DNA of 59,109 nucleotides, taken from Bacteroidales bacterium (GTDB lineage Bacteria; Bacteroidota; Bacteroidia; Bacteroidales; WCHB1-69). Position numbers and translations under genes: made by a program. Below the pieces are notes generated by a model. That model saw nothing but the letters and a program-made list of their open reading frames with translations, did no database searches and was not told where the DNA came from. Of the stretch, positions 29,501 through 37,500 are shown one piece after another (position 1 is the first letter of the stretch; the number at the start of each line of letters is the position of its first letter). The DNA is taken from the NCBI GenBank assembly GCA_017964255.1, contig JAGCSI010000081.1, forward strand, positions 1-59,109. The letters are read 5' to 3'.

Positions 29501-31932
29501 TTGGCGTTCCTGTTGAGATTCAGCTCAGTCCATCTCCCGATTTGGTGGTTGCTTCAGTGATTGCTCCGACACCTGTAAATCTCGGTGCTCCCTTTGTGGT
29601 GACCTATACCATCCAGAATACAGGTGTTGCCGCTGTCAATAACGTGAGAGTGGCAGAGAAAATATATTATTCAATGTCTCCCACCGCATACGATCCTCAA
29701 AATCTGCTTGCCACCACATACGATTACCTCAATTTGGAGGTTAACGGGTCGGTGGCCAACTCGGCTACGGTAACCTTGCCGGTCAATGTTATTTCCGGTT
29801 ATTATTATATCCATGTGGTAACCGATGCTGAGGATCAGATATACGAGCACAATGGTGAGAATAACAACGTTGGACACAGCAACGGTGTACAGGCCAACAC
29901 TTATCAGTTGGATTTGGCCTTGACTCAAATCGACGGACCTACAGAAGTGCAGTGGGGACAGACCGTTACCTACACTTTGCATGTCCATAACAATTCGTCA
30001 CTGCCTACCTTGGCTTCCTCATGGAAAGATGTTATTTACATGTCTTCTGACGATGTGTTAAGCACTGTCGACCAGCAGATGGCCGAGGCTATGCATACAA
30101 CGGTACTTGAGGCTGGCGCGGATTACACGGTGAATATGAGTGTGACCATTCCTTACGGAGCGCCTGCCACTGCCTATCTGATTGCCATTGCCGACTATAA
30201 TAGCAATAATGTGGACATTAACATCAATAATAATGTTGTATTGAAAGCCTTGAATATCAGCAGTGTGCCGACTCCCGACTTGACTGTCAGCGAAGTGGAT
30301 GTGCTGGACGAATTCATCGCTGGCCAGCCGACACGTGTCGCTTACAAGGTGACTAATGTGGGTGAGTTAAATATTGTGGATCAGACTTGGAATGACAAAG
30401 TGTTCATTTCCTATAACAGTTCCTACGAAAGTGCTGATGAACAGTTGCAGACCAGAAACCGCCAGAATATTTCGTTGGCGATAAATGAGTTCTACAGAGA
30501 CACCTTGACGGTTACGGTACCTATGCGTTATTACGGCGATCTCTATCTGCTGATGATGGCTAATGCCAATAACGATCCGTATGAAAGTGTTCGAGACAAC
30601 AATATGATGGCTACGCCAGTGGCTGTGACCTTGCCGTTGCCTGGCGACTTGGTGGTGAAAGATGTAGCTTGCCAGAACACGATTGTTTCAGGCAATGTTC
30701 TCCATGCCGTTTGGACACTCCAGAATATCGGCGATAATCCCATCATAGGTAATGGCTTGCGCTCGTTGGTCTATATCTCCGCTGATACTGCTTTCGACGC
30801 AAACGACCGCTTGCTGGGTAACGTTACTTCCAACAATATCAATTTGGATATTGATGCTTCCATGCAGCAGCATCTGGATGCACGTGTCAGCGGCTTGTCA
30901 GCAGGTGACTATTACCTGATTGTCAAGACGGATGTCACCAATGCCTTCAACGAGGTGGATGACAACAATAATACGGGCCATTTGACCGATCCGTTCACGG
31001 TTACTATCCGTCCGCTGCCGTTCAACGAAGATGTATACGATACACTGATCAATGATGAGGTTTCGGATTATGTGCTCAACGTGGGTGACAACCGTAGTCA
31101 GACGGTCCGTATCCATGTCAACTCCGAAGATGCGGAGCTGGGTGCGGTGAATATGATTTATGCTACCCATAACGCCATGGGCGACAACCTTAATTACAGC
31201 TATTCCACTATCGGCCAATACACGGCTAATTCAGAATTGTATATTCCTTCCACCATGTCGGGCTACTATGGCGTGAATATCTATGGTTCCACGCCGATCA
31301 ACAACCCGCAGAATGTGGTGGTCCGCGCTGACATCCTGCCATTCGAGTTGAGAGAAGTCAACGACAACCATGGTGGTAATACTGGTGTGGTAACCGTGGA
31401 ACTTATTGGTTCGCGCTTCCGTCCCGACATGACCGTGTGCTTGCGGAATGGCAATGAGGTGATATGTGCCGACACATTGATATATGTGAATTATTATCAG
31501 GTGTTCGCTCAATTTGATTTGACAGGTCGTACTCCTGGCGTTTATGACATGAGTGCGGTGAACTTCTGCGAGGGTGAGGCGATATTGACTAATGCCTTCA
31601 CCATCGAGGATGGTCAGCCTTCATCGTTGTCATTTAATCTGCTCTTCCCCAGTGCACCGCGTCCTAATCGTAATGTGGTGATGATGCTGGAGTTTGGTAA
31701 TACAGGCAATGTTGACTTGCATGACCAGGTGTTGGAGATCACTAGCCTCGGTGGCGCTCCTATCGCATTGACTCCGGATGGTATCAACAACCAACAGACT
31801 GTGCTTAGAGTTCCTCTATCCATTGATGGAGAACCCGCTGGCTTGCTCCGCCCGGGCAGCTACGGAACCATCAATATTTACGGATTTTCGTCGGGTGCCT
31901 TGATTTTCACCATTAAACCAGTTGAAGAATAA
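17584..31932 (+). CDS. Giant secreted multidomain protein (4782 aa): 2 cleaved-adhesin (choice-of-anchor J) domains, FN3 domains, 4 right-handed beta-helix/choice-of-anchor Q units, CARDB array; no T9SS CTD
   Basis: Signal peptide; SESFE...DADGD...PDNWMISQP...IAFRHY adhesin motifs. YVK.DG.G.G.SW..A...WVAEGTY...YGGFAG units start near 21103, 23374, 24592 and 25819, each ending in DxGCxE. Repeated PDLVV...N.G...E..E.NN CARDB units span ~27570-31010. Ends ...LIFTIKPVEE. Confidence 0.9.
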   Translation: MKKLYLLLTFFVLFCMSSMGQVIFSESFEDNNLFYQNWWLYDADGDSWAWQTLSVYPGPAPDGDYAAASWSINPSEGTAKNPDNWMISQPISLGDSSVLSFWVASDQDHPGDHFAVYICANWDFDYTNPPANFEDLVPQTVTTGNFIHLTVGIPSEYANEEVRIAFRHYNSNSDALYYLMIDNITITAVQAEGPSASEQSVTACEMYVVESSTTMLHEDFEGALPSDWTLVDADEDGDNWAVMAGGYAHTGLGYISSASWDGTTYYPQNWLITPAIPVPDTGVTTFSWWAGAQDPSWYSEHYEVLISTASNAVGDFNSEALYSETLSSSAWTQHSFSLIDYVGQTVYIAFVHKDCAGEYRLNIDDIEVTHANALVYTESGDYTLTYTNQHGYDSVVTLHLTIVDVPTVGTYPVQNFTSVSAEIGGYLETMCGDEQPQLGVCYSTSPNPTMNDTYVMAPLPPGSTVPATSFTLNIDELTPNTTYYVRAFGVTSEGAIYGPEETFTTYGLINANVTVTNNIEPYTPIDSALVRIYYGERVGEYYQLLDLITEGVTDSEGHFSYNNIVMTADPQILFVRAFADGYDYRSYIYPTVTAGTLNSTLRLPLEPCYEVPYWVYWEEQTNGNYRLSWWSAGYDPDEPVDPQYPNLLTYNVYENGTLIAEGLTNQWYMLPSFNANSCYQVRSICTNGALSDTSFCATIKPVPPTVVTYNPTEITGFSAVLNGEITSDGNAEIYSRGFYTNTIPTLDSGNVSFHYLDDMSYVLSTEVTGLEPETTYYVWAYAFNQAGGSYGNMLSFTTTRACYAPVNLHADDVMASSALLTWTNSNEDTPAYYELSYKANDADSWTVVSNITTNAYMLSGLQQLTSYTVRVRAYCDANAHSSYTTTTFNTGCLSGASSVTIGEGTGSSSGGVLPTNIYYKHSYTQQIYQSNEIGAARTISNIELQYFYSTAYSRNLDIYLLHTNKTAFASTNDWVSVTGVQPVFSGYVNFTNAADGGWVNIPLTTPFEYNGSENLVLVVNDKTGSYFNNGEKFYTHYTSQYSSMYAYKDGSSAYSPSSPGTASGRSYYRNNVKLPGVCITEGCDCSNVAVLSVSDTSAQLAIAAGNDVQAVELEYKAAAAIDYTPITVQGNSFTLTGLTSNTDYELRIRSLCTEDTTDWKTVNFSTLVAFFDRLYVKTDGTGNGGSWEQATNNLAEALTMAALIKSGYGITPEIWVAEGTYYNNDLGSSNAFTLNSGTKLYGGFAGTETSIEERDIQAHPTILDGQNNHRVLYQNYDYYTVNDLVVVDGFTIRNGNSGDAGAGAYLNSNFEVRNCRFLNNTASSSGGAVYVAGSNWNYNKYDFVDCEFTGNSTPYQGGAVCDFNDHACYFNCKISGNHANNQGGGIYGGQKMVNCEISNNTAGSCPGVYELADSLVNCDIVGNVSTGYNNAGLMYFYGVMINTVVWGNTTNNQTLNIANYNGMVAYNSAVGGLENYEGVINLSADNYGTDANHPFFVSPENGDYRLRNGSALIDVGTTYNNLPDYDMAGESRVYGDAVEIGCYEFHNEEYCLEPLHLEVSSVLSSSALLSWRDAGNLDNLLYYELSYKLADAAEWTVQTVTPQFTYKMLTGLLSDTTYVVRMRSFCTSDAVSAYTPELVFNTVGSVPCPFEGGESVVFRGESNLTNYAAYIPSYFYYNYSYSQQIYQASEIGGEGMITSLSLQYFYDYSRTRTMNIYLGHTSKSSFSNSTDWVPIGDLQLVYSGSITFNNGGTDNWFTINLQNNFEYNGEDNLVLVIDDNTGGSTNSYNKFYTHQAPVDYATMYAYSSSDLNPNNSFSASSRISYRNNLKLNGHCVGGNCDRSNLVVMNVTPNSAKLVYAPGASATAFELQYGVDGSNNYETLQAQDGEYNLTGLRYNTTYEARIRSLCGEDSSSWKRVKFTTPLIDLDRLYVTTDGTGDASSWTNASNDLAWALNTAARIKEVFGTSAEVWVAEGTYYGMNGESAFTMVDGVNVYGGFAGTETELSQRDINNHPTVLDGQNSRRVLYQPVSFDDQTVWDGFTIQNGNVSNFSGNSYNNYGGGAFIRNKGVLRNCRIINNAAYCGGGVYGSASSSYNSGAALEACTISHNTSSNSGAGVYAYYTRLSRCEVSYNTSSSNGAGVYVQYASVDRDVISNCLIANNTSNSSSGAGIYMSSKTKIQSSTIVNNKNKNTYSGAGVYAYYDAPIENCIVWGNRNNNGEANLANSYECKYSAIEGAYSGTNLILLASEPDPNTPYYPNFVNPSQTAGSEDVTANVDWRLADGSICVNRGDNELMEAADSLDMEGNVRVQVGTVDLGCYESPYNAITLPEYNGIVYVKENGTGNGTSWDNAMSSLSSAIAIASMYNADVWVAAGTYYGDSVSANAFILMDGVNVYGGFVGNEAANYDLSLRDYVTNQTILDGQHNQRLLFQNNDFSTRAVWDDFTMRNGNAKSNNNGGRGGCAYLKHGVTLRNCVITENTASSYGGGVYTAYDDYYNNDTIFLINCQLNYNTSGYVAGGAYLNRSVAMLNCVVDHNTSHGYGGGVYMSESYNFMANCLVANNTSYDADGAGVYVSSSNNVIRNSTIVNNKIAADDPSNEVGGSSSRGAGIYAYYTTITNCIVWGNKNYSEVNGIEGYNYTATYVASDYACTGNNNVSLSIDNENDGTLSPHFVNPSNTAGAADVTDNADWHLQQGSPCVNRGVNSIADAFDLDGNARVQMDTIDLGCYESSYLGIEIPVYNGIVYVKENGAGNMTGDSWDNAMPSIQTALGIAAMNHAVVWVAAGTYHGDGTSTNAFMMKEGVDVYGGFAGNEDSDYDLNLRDFENNTSILDGQYAQRVLRQGDFSSSIYTTWDGFTLQNGRVEGHGAGAYIVSYGILSNCVIRNNAITSHYSNSYYGAGVYARATGSSSKAIIRNCIIENNYIEYAQFGYGGGLYTRYTDVIRTEISHNSATYSGGGVYCDYYSNFSNCLIYGNTSNYSGGGVYVYSSGNKFVNCDVVSNMAGNNSNGGGFYFNSTSSNRLINSIIWGNKSGYAVNNMYNTPATFTYCAVEEGTSSENGNIILASANDGTDINQYYVRFIDPQNGNFHLHPSSNCIDNGSNDVLAVTDTLDFYGNQRIFGTSVDIGCSEGQEEGICLSPINLTASNITTSSAQLTWEPRGSETQWAVVYGEVNGNQNSITVNQPNCSLTGLVFNRSYTAKVRALCDEVSMSVFSIQVNFQTDCNPAELQPLGEWSSFYPIDSTIVDYNGVTFSWSNVTNATSYDFYLWRSTSNEPSVPTYSGLTQPVVTNCSLPAYTAGATYYWKVVAWNECISDTSDVMMLRVNPKPDLHVSAVNVGAAKVGQSLTVEWTVTNDGEGRTPNGATWTDYIWLAQDADVRWYDEHDRLLATVESMQQLQAGESYTNQTTVTIPNDIDPGSYYLFVFADQPDAYNINFGPTGGVAPNPYTPSVTGDPYPYLSGHVHFEGNVNEVEKHDNFFYVVLNILPPPSPDLVVSSVTHGGNAISGNTTNITWTVENVGEAAAMGSWVDAVYLSTDTVLDMNNDYLLGRYSHTDGLALHGSYQRTEAVTIPIDHYGDYYIIVMTDITSTIYEGLQENNNKGISQSLEVTLTWMTDLVVTEVTLPSNVVNANERYLCSYTVSNEGASPTYTSHWYDVIYFGENPVFDINNVTLLGSIHHNGVLDAGESYTNNVNIVIPANASGQMYLFVVTDKDNTVFEYNAEDNNTYNYMPALEVLNPDLQVSSVIVPDMVDPNNLLSVQWSVRNNGPGSVANGAFRDNIYINGDCVYSANVSLLNIAVGDSIVRTAVVRIPCIYGNNVELTVGTDVENRVLEVSETNNEKTLNLVIGTPDLVVSDVTPVSEDPNNISLWSGTAAVLSYNVANNGNMPAEFSTVKDRIYLSTSANSYQASDLIYTNTHALNMDNGGDNETFTCTVTIPNGISGTYYYHVVVNADTAICEGNNLDNNASLGVPVEIQLSPSPDLVVASVIAPTPVNLGAPFVVTYTIQNTGVAAVNNVRVAEKIYYSMSPTAYDPQNLLATTYDYLNLEVNGSVANSATVTLPVNVISGYYYIHVVTDAEDQIYEHNGENNNVGHSNGVQANTYQLDLALTQIDGPTEVQWGQTVTYTLHVHNNSSLPTLASSWKDVIYMSSDDVLSTVDQQMAEAMHTTVLEAGADYTVNMSVTIPYGAPATAYLIAIADYNSNNVDININNNVVLKALNISSVPTPDLTVSEVDVLDEFIAGQPTRVAYKVTNVGELNIVDQTWNDKVFISYNSSYESADEQLQTRNRQNISLAINEFYRDTLTVTVPMRYYGDLYLLMMANANNDPYESVRDNNMMATPVAVTLPLPGDLVVKDVACQNTIVSGNVLHAVWTLQNIGDNPIIGNGLRSLVYISADTAFDANDRLLGNVTSNNINLDIDASMQQHLDARVSGLSAGDYYLIVKTDVTNAFNEVDDNNNTGHLTDPFTVTIRPLPFNEDVYDTLINDEVSDYVLNVGDNRSQTVRIHVNSEDAELGAVNMIYATHNAMGDNLNYSYSTIGQYTANSELYIPSTMSGYYGVNIYGSTPINNPQNVVVRADILPFELREVNDNHGGNTGVVTVELIGSRFRPDMTVCLRNGNEVICADTLIYVNYYQVFAQFDLTGRTPGVYDMSAVNFCEGEAILTNAFTIEDGQPSSLSFNLLFPSAPRPNRNVVMMLEFGNTGNVDLHDQVLEITSLGGAPIALTPDGINNQQTVLRVPLSIDGEPAGLLRPGSYGTINIYGFSSGALIFTIKPVEE

Positions 31933-31946
31933 AAAAATAAAGAGAT

Positions 31947-33164
31947 ATGAAAACGATAAAATTAGTAATTACATCAGCTTTTATGCTCTTGCTGTGCCTG
32001 ACGGCGAAAGCCCAATGGGCAGGTGAAGACAAGGAAATCCTAAGAGAACTCGACAACTCCCAGACGGTGTCCATCGGTGTAAACGACGGTTCTTCTGACA
32101 AGTGCTATGAATGGACAGGACCCCATATCGTAAGCAGCGATAGACATCAGCCTGTTATTCTTGTGAGCCCCCAAGCTGAAGAGGAAACTTATACTTGTAC
32201 GCGAACTTCTTCCTGCGGCGTGGAACAGGACCAGGTGAAAGTGAAAGTGATTGACACTATCTCGATTGTGAGCGTTACCCCGATAAAGAATTGCTATAAC
32301 GATGGGGATGATGTTCATTTGTCGGATTTTGAAATCGTAACCTATCCCGCCGGTCATCAGTCTCTTGTGGTGCTGAGTCCTACCCATGTCAATAATAATT
32401 GGGAATGGGGCGCCAACGTTGATGAGACCCAAGAGATAACTTTTACGCTGGAGTATAATAATCATACTTCCACTAAAAAAGCTACGGTAAATGTCTATAA
32501 TGACAATTTGGCTGTTTCTGTAGGACAGAGTTATAATTTCAAGGCTTTTGTGAAAAATCTGAAGGCGATTGAGAATATCGTGAGAAAAGCCAAAGGTTTG
32601 TCAGATAAGCTGAATAGTATCGCACAAGTGGCTCCGGGTATGGATCCGCCATGTGAACCTGGCTTTAACATATTTTTGGATATCCCTGAAGATCAGGAAC
32701 AGGACATTCACTCCTGCTGCAATGGAGAGGAAGTTGACGGCTTCAAGGTTGTGGGCAATGCCGTGTCAGCGGAATTGGCTCTCGATTGTTTCATCCCCAC
32801 TCAATTGAGTCTCCCATGGTTAGGAGGCGTAAGAATACATGTGGGCGGTTCCCTCGGCGCATCCGTTGGACCGTTCGAATTCAAGTATCTGGGCAATGAT
32901 TGCAACACCACATCGGTGCCGGCATCCGTCTATGCTACTTTATCGGGCGGTGTGCAAATCCTGATTGTAAGTGATGATGTGCTGAATGCCCAGCTTGACC
33001 TTGTGGGTAAAGCGCAGACGGGCTTTAATTGGGTCATTGGACAGAAATTTGAAATGCATCCTTTGGATCTCACGCTGACCGTTGTGGGGCAGGTGATATT
33101 TATGAATTTTTATTACAAGAAGGTTAACTATCCCTTGTTTTCCTATCAATTGTTTAACGAATAA
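31947..33164 (+). CDS. Exported hypothetical protein (Ig-like N-terminus, Gly-rich beta C-terminus)
   Basis: Signal peptide (...CLTAKA/QW), multiple Cys, starts 14 nt after the giant gene. Confidence 0.8.
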   Translation: MKTIKLVITSAFMLLLCLTAKAQWAGEDKEILRELDNSQTVSIGVNDGSSDKCYEWTGPHIVSSDRHQPVILVSPQAEEETYTCTRTSSCGVEQDQVKVKVIDTISIVSVTPIKNCYNDGDDVHLSDFEIVTYPAGHQSLVVLSPTHVNNNWEWGANVDETQEITFTLEYNNHTSTKKATVNVYNDNLAVSVGQSYNFKAFVKNLKAIENIVRKAKGLSDKLNSIAQVAPGMDPPCEPGFNIFLDIPEDQEQDIHSCCNGEEVDGFKVVGNAVSAELALDCFIPTQLSLPWLGGVRIHVGGSLGASVGPFEFKYLGNDCNTTSVPASVYATLSGGVQILIVSDDVLNAQLDLVGKAQTGFNWVIGQKFEMHPLDLTLTVVGQVIFMNFYYKKVNYPLFSYQLFNE

Positions 33165-33176
33165 AAGAGTTTGAAT

Positions 33177-34577
33177 ATGAAAAAGATACAGATTATTTTA
33201 GTTTTGACCGCTTTGGTTATGGTCTCTTGGCATGTTCAGGCTCAAACATGCCGCTTCCCGGCATATCAGACATCCGCTTATACGATAACGATGGATATGC
33301 AGATTGACAATACAACTTTCTATACACCAGATGATGAACATAGGGTGTGTGACAAGGTTTTCTCGTACGATTTGGTAGGATTGGCCCCTTCGGAGGATGA
33401 CAGTCGTTTCATCGCTTTGACGGGTGGAAGTGAAAACCCCGCAGAGACGCAGAATCCGTCAGCCGCCCTGTGTCGTTTGCTGCAAGCTTATCACAGTCAT
33501 TCTTTTGATGATATTTTGGCACAGTATCGTCCTGCTGACCGTCCTCTGATTTCAGCGCTCTTTACCAACGATACTCTCACACAGAGATTGTTGAATGCGG
33601 CGGCCCGTTTTCAGAAAATGAAATTGTTATTCACTTGCGATATAGATGGATATGTTGTCTCAATGGTGAGATGCTATGATAGCGACACTGTTTTCGCCAC
33701 TATACCTTTTGGTATGCAGAGTGTTGATAATCAGTGGTATATGGCTATGATGGAGGATAGCTCCTCATTGATTGGCAATGCGTTGGTATTCCTGAGCAAG
33801 AAAAGTGTGAATGATTTCATTTCTGGAAATGACATTGACGGTGACGGTATTCCCAATTTACAGGACAATTGCCCATGTAATTCTAATCCCGACCAATTGG
33901 ACACCGATGGGGATGGGGTAGGTGATGCCTGTGACAACTGTCTTAACACCCCGAATCCGGGTCAGGAAGATTTTGACCATGATGGAGTAGGGGATGTGTG
34001 TGACAATTGCCCATATAAAGCCAATCCCGAACAGCTGGACAGCGATCACGACGGTATAGGTGACAGTTGCGACAATTGCAGGTTCTATCCGAACCCGCGC
34101 CAGTATGATTTCGACGGTGATGGTATCGGCGACGAATGTGATGATGATATTGATGGCGATGATGTTGCCAATGAAAATGACAATGATATGGATGGTGACG
34201 GAATTCCTAACGATGCCGACAACTGTCCGATACATTTCAACCCAGGACAGTACGACAGCGACAATGACGGAATTGGCGACGCATGCGACAACTGTCCGCT
34301 GATTAATAATCCTAACCAGGAAGATGCTGATAATGATGGTGTGGGTGATGTATGTGACATCGATCGCGACGGTGACGGAGTGGCCGATGATACCGATAAT
34401 TGCCCCGACACTTACAACCCCGACCAAGCGGATACGGATTGCGATGGTATTGGCGATGTTTGCGATCCTGACCGCGATGGTGACTCTATTCCGAATGAGA
34501 GCGATAACTGTCCCGATTATTTCAACCCCGACCAACAGGATGTCAATGGCAATGGCATTGGCGATGTTTGTGAATAA
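33177..34577 (+). CDS. Exported thrombospondin type-3 (Ca2+-binding) repeat protein
   Basis: Signal peptide from ATG 33177. Eight DNCxxxxNPxQxDxDxDG units fill the C-terminal half (33831-34574); no OmpA domain or T9SS CTD follows. Confidence 0.9.
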   Translation: MKKIQIILVLTALVMVSWHVQAQTCRFPAYQTSAYTITMDMQIDNTTFYTPDDEHRVCDKVFSYDLVGLAPSEDDSRFIALTGGSENPAETQNPSAALCRLLQAYHSHSFDDILAQYRPADRPLISALFTNDTLTQRLLNAAARFQKMKLLFTCDIDGYVVSMVRCYDSDTVFATIPFGMQSVDNQWYMAMMEDSSSLIGNALVFLSKKSVNDFISGNDIDGDGIPNLQDNCPCNSNPDQLDTDGDGVGDACDNCLNTPNPGQEDFDHDGVGDVCDNCPYKANPEQLDSDHDGIGDSCDNCRFYPNPRQYDFDGDGIGDECDDDIDGDDVANENDNDMDGDGIPNDADNCPIHFNPGQYDSDNDGIGDACDNCPLINNPNQEDADNDGVGDVCDIDRDGDGVADDTDNCPDTYNPDQADTDCDGIGDVCDPDRDGDSIPNESDNCPDYFNPDQQDVNGNGIGDVCE

Positions 34578-34595
34578 AAAAGAAAGGAAAACGAT

Positions 34596-37500
34596 ATGAA
34601 AAAGATAAATAGAATTTTCTTTCAGATATTGGCACTGGCACTGATGATGTCGAGTGCGATTGGCAACGCTTTTGCCCAAGGAGGCTTTTGTATCAATGCC
34701 TATATGCTTCAGGAAGAGTCCTGCTCTCCAGGCGAGGATGGTATGGCCACGGTGTTTATCCCTTCCGCTTTGAGCGGCCATTGTACTATTGAATGGCAAT
34801 TGGGAAATGGCCAAACTTCTTCCTTGGAAACAGTTAGCGGCCTGAAAAAAGGAACTTATCATGTGTCGGTGAAATCAAACACTTGCCCCAATGTAGTGTT
34901 CTTTACCGGTATGGTAAAGGTTACGAAAAGTAGTGATTGTGATCTGGATGTGAATATCTCAGGTCCAGGCTCGGTGACAGGCGATTGCAATGGTATGCCG
35001 TCAATCACGTTTACAGCTACCGTTTCGGGGGGAACTCCTCCATATCATTTTAATGGTTGGCATCAGGTGGGAAATAGCTCAGCTACCATGACGATGACTC
35101 CCGTAGAGGGCCAATTCACGGTGAACTGTTCGGTGCAAGATGCCAATGGTGTCACTGGCTCTGATGAGTTGGTCGGCTTTGCCAAAAAAATGGAGTGCGC
35201 ACAGGACCCCAACGAAATCAAAGGCCCCGCAGGCTATTCGGAGGAACATCATTTTGTAAATAATTCAGATAAAATGAATTATACCATTGAGTTTGAAAAT
35301 GATCCTGACTTTGCTATGGCTCCGGCATCACGAGTGAAAATCACCTACGACGTGCCCGATAAGCAGAAATTGGCCTCCTTCCGTTTGGCTGACTTTGGCT
35401 TTGGCGATTTCGTCTTCACGGTGCCTTCCAATGTGTCTTCCTACAGCCAGCGTCTGGATGTTTCCGACTCCTTGGGTGTATGGGTGGACGTGAACGCGGG
35501 TATCGATGTTGCCCATAACCAGCTGTTCTGGATTTTCCAGAGTATTGATCCTGCTACGGGTGCTGAACCTGCCAGTTCACAGATGGGCTTCCTGCCGATT
35601 AATGACTCTTTGGAGCATGGCCAGGGATATGTCAGCTTCTATATCGCTCCCAATGCTAACGTGCAAACAGGCGATACCGTTGCTGCTGAGGCGTTGATTG
35701 TTTTCGACGATAATGCGCCTATCGGTACAAATGTATGGACTAACACTTTTGATGCAGTGGCTCCGTCATCCACACTCCATGCCGAAATGAATACCACCGA
35801 CTCGCTCTATTGCACCTTCTCTTTCGATGTGCAGGATGATGCCAATGGTTCTGGGGCGCGAAGCGTAGAGGTGTATATGTCCGCAAACAATGCTGATTAT
35901 ATCTCTATCGGCAGCACTGAACCTGATAGCACCTTGTCGTTTGTGTTGGAAAGTGGTGTTTATTATCAGTTTATGTCTATCGCCACAGATAATGTGGGCA
36001 ACAAGGAGCCTTTCAAGGCCCAGCCTGATACCGCTATCAATTATAATACCGCTCCTATCGATTTGGTGTTGAATGGCAGTTCTTTCTATGAGTATGATCC
36101 AATCAATTCTATGATAGGTACCTTATATACTTTGGATAATGATGTGAATCTTCCCTTCGTATATGAATTGGTAGCCGGAGTTGGTGATGATGACAATAAT
36201 CTGTTTACGATTGAAGGAAATGTTTTGAAAACCAACGCTACTTTCGTATGCAGTCACCAAACCGAATATTCGGTGCGTATCAGAACTACCGATATCGGAG
36301 GCTTGTCATTTGAGAAGAGCTTTGACTTGAATGAGATTATGCAGCATGTTACGCCGATTACCCGTTTGAATGTGACCCTCTGTGAAGGTAGCAGCCTTGA
36401 TTTTTATGGAGTTGAACTTACTGAAGAAGGTACTTATACTGATACATTGACCACGGCTGCCGGCTGCGACAGCATCATTGTTTGGTATGTGACGATGAGT
36501 CCGGTATATGCACAGACTGAAAGTGCCATTATCTGCGCCAGCGAGTTGCCTTACACATGGCGCGATACTATTTTCGAGCCGGGAACCGTCAGTGATGAGT
36601 ATGTGTTCTACAGAAGTACGGCCAAAGGTTGCGACAGTGTTGTGACCCTGAACTTGACAGTGAACCCTGTGTATGAGGTGGATGATCAGAAGGCCATCTG
36701 CGCCAGCGAACTGCCTTATACATGGAATGGTGTACAATTCACTGAAGCTGGCACACAAACTGCCACGTTGCAAACCGTCAATGGATGCGACTCTCTCGTT
36801 ACCATGACTCTGACTGTTAATCCGATCTACACCGAAACAGACTCCCGCACCATCTGTCCCAGCGAGCTGCCTTACACTTGGAATGGCGTAGAGTTCACCC
36901 AGGCTGGCACTCAAACCGTCACACTGCCGACAGTGAACAACTGCGACTCTGTCGTCACCATGACCCTGACAACCTTCCCGACCTATGAGGTGAGCGATGC
37001 TCAGACCATCTGTCCCAGCGAGCTGCCTTACACTTGGAATGGCGTTGTGTTCACCCAGGCAGGTACACAAACCGTCACACTGCCGACAGTGAATAACTGC
37101 GACTCTGTCGTCACCATGACCTTGACAACCTTCCCGACCTATGAGGTGAGCGATGTCCAGACCATCTGTCCCAGCGAGCTGCCTTATACTTGGAATGGTG
37201 TACAGTTCACCGAAGCTGGTACCCAGACCGCCACATTGGAAACGGTGAATGGTTGTGACTCCGTTGTTACCATGACCTTGACGACCTTCCCAACTTATGA
37301 GGTGAGCGATGCCCAGACCATCTGTCCTAGCGAGCTGCCCTATACTTGGAATGGCGTTACTTTTGCAGAAGCAGGCACGCAAACCACGACATTGGAAACG
37401 GTGAATGGTTGCGACTCTGTGGTGACCATGACCTTGACGACCTTCCCGACCTATGACGTCACCGATACAAAGGCCATTTGCGAAAGCGCTCTGCCTTATA

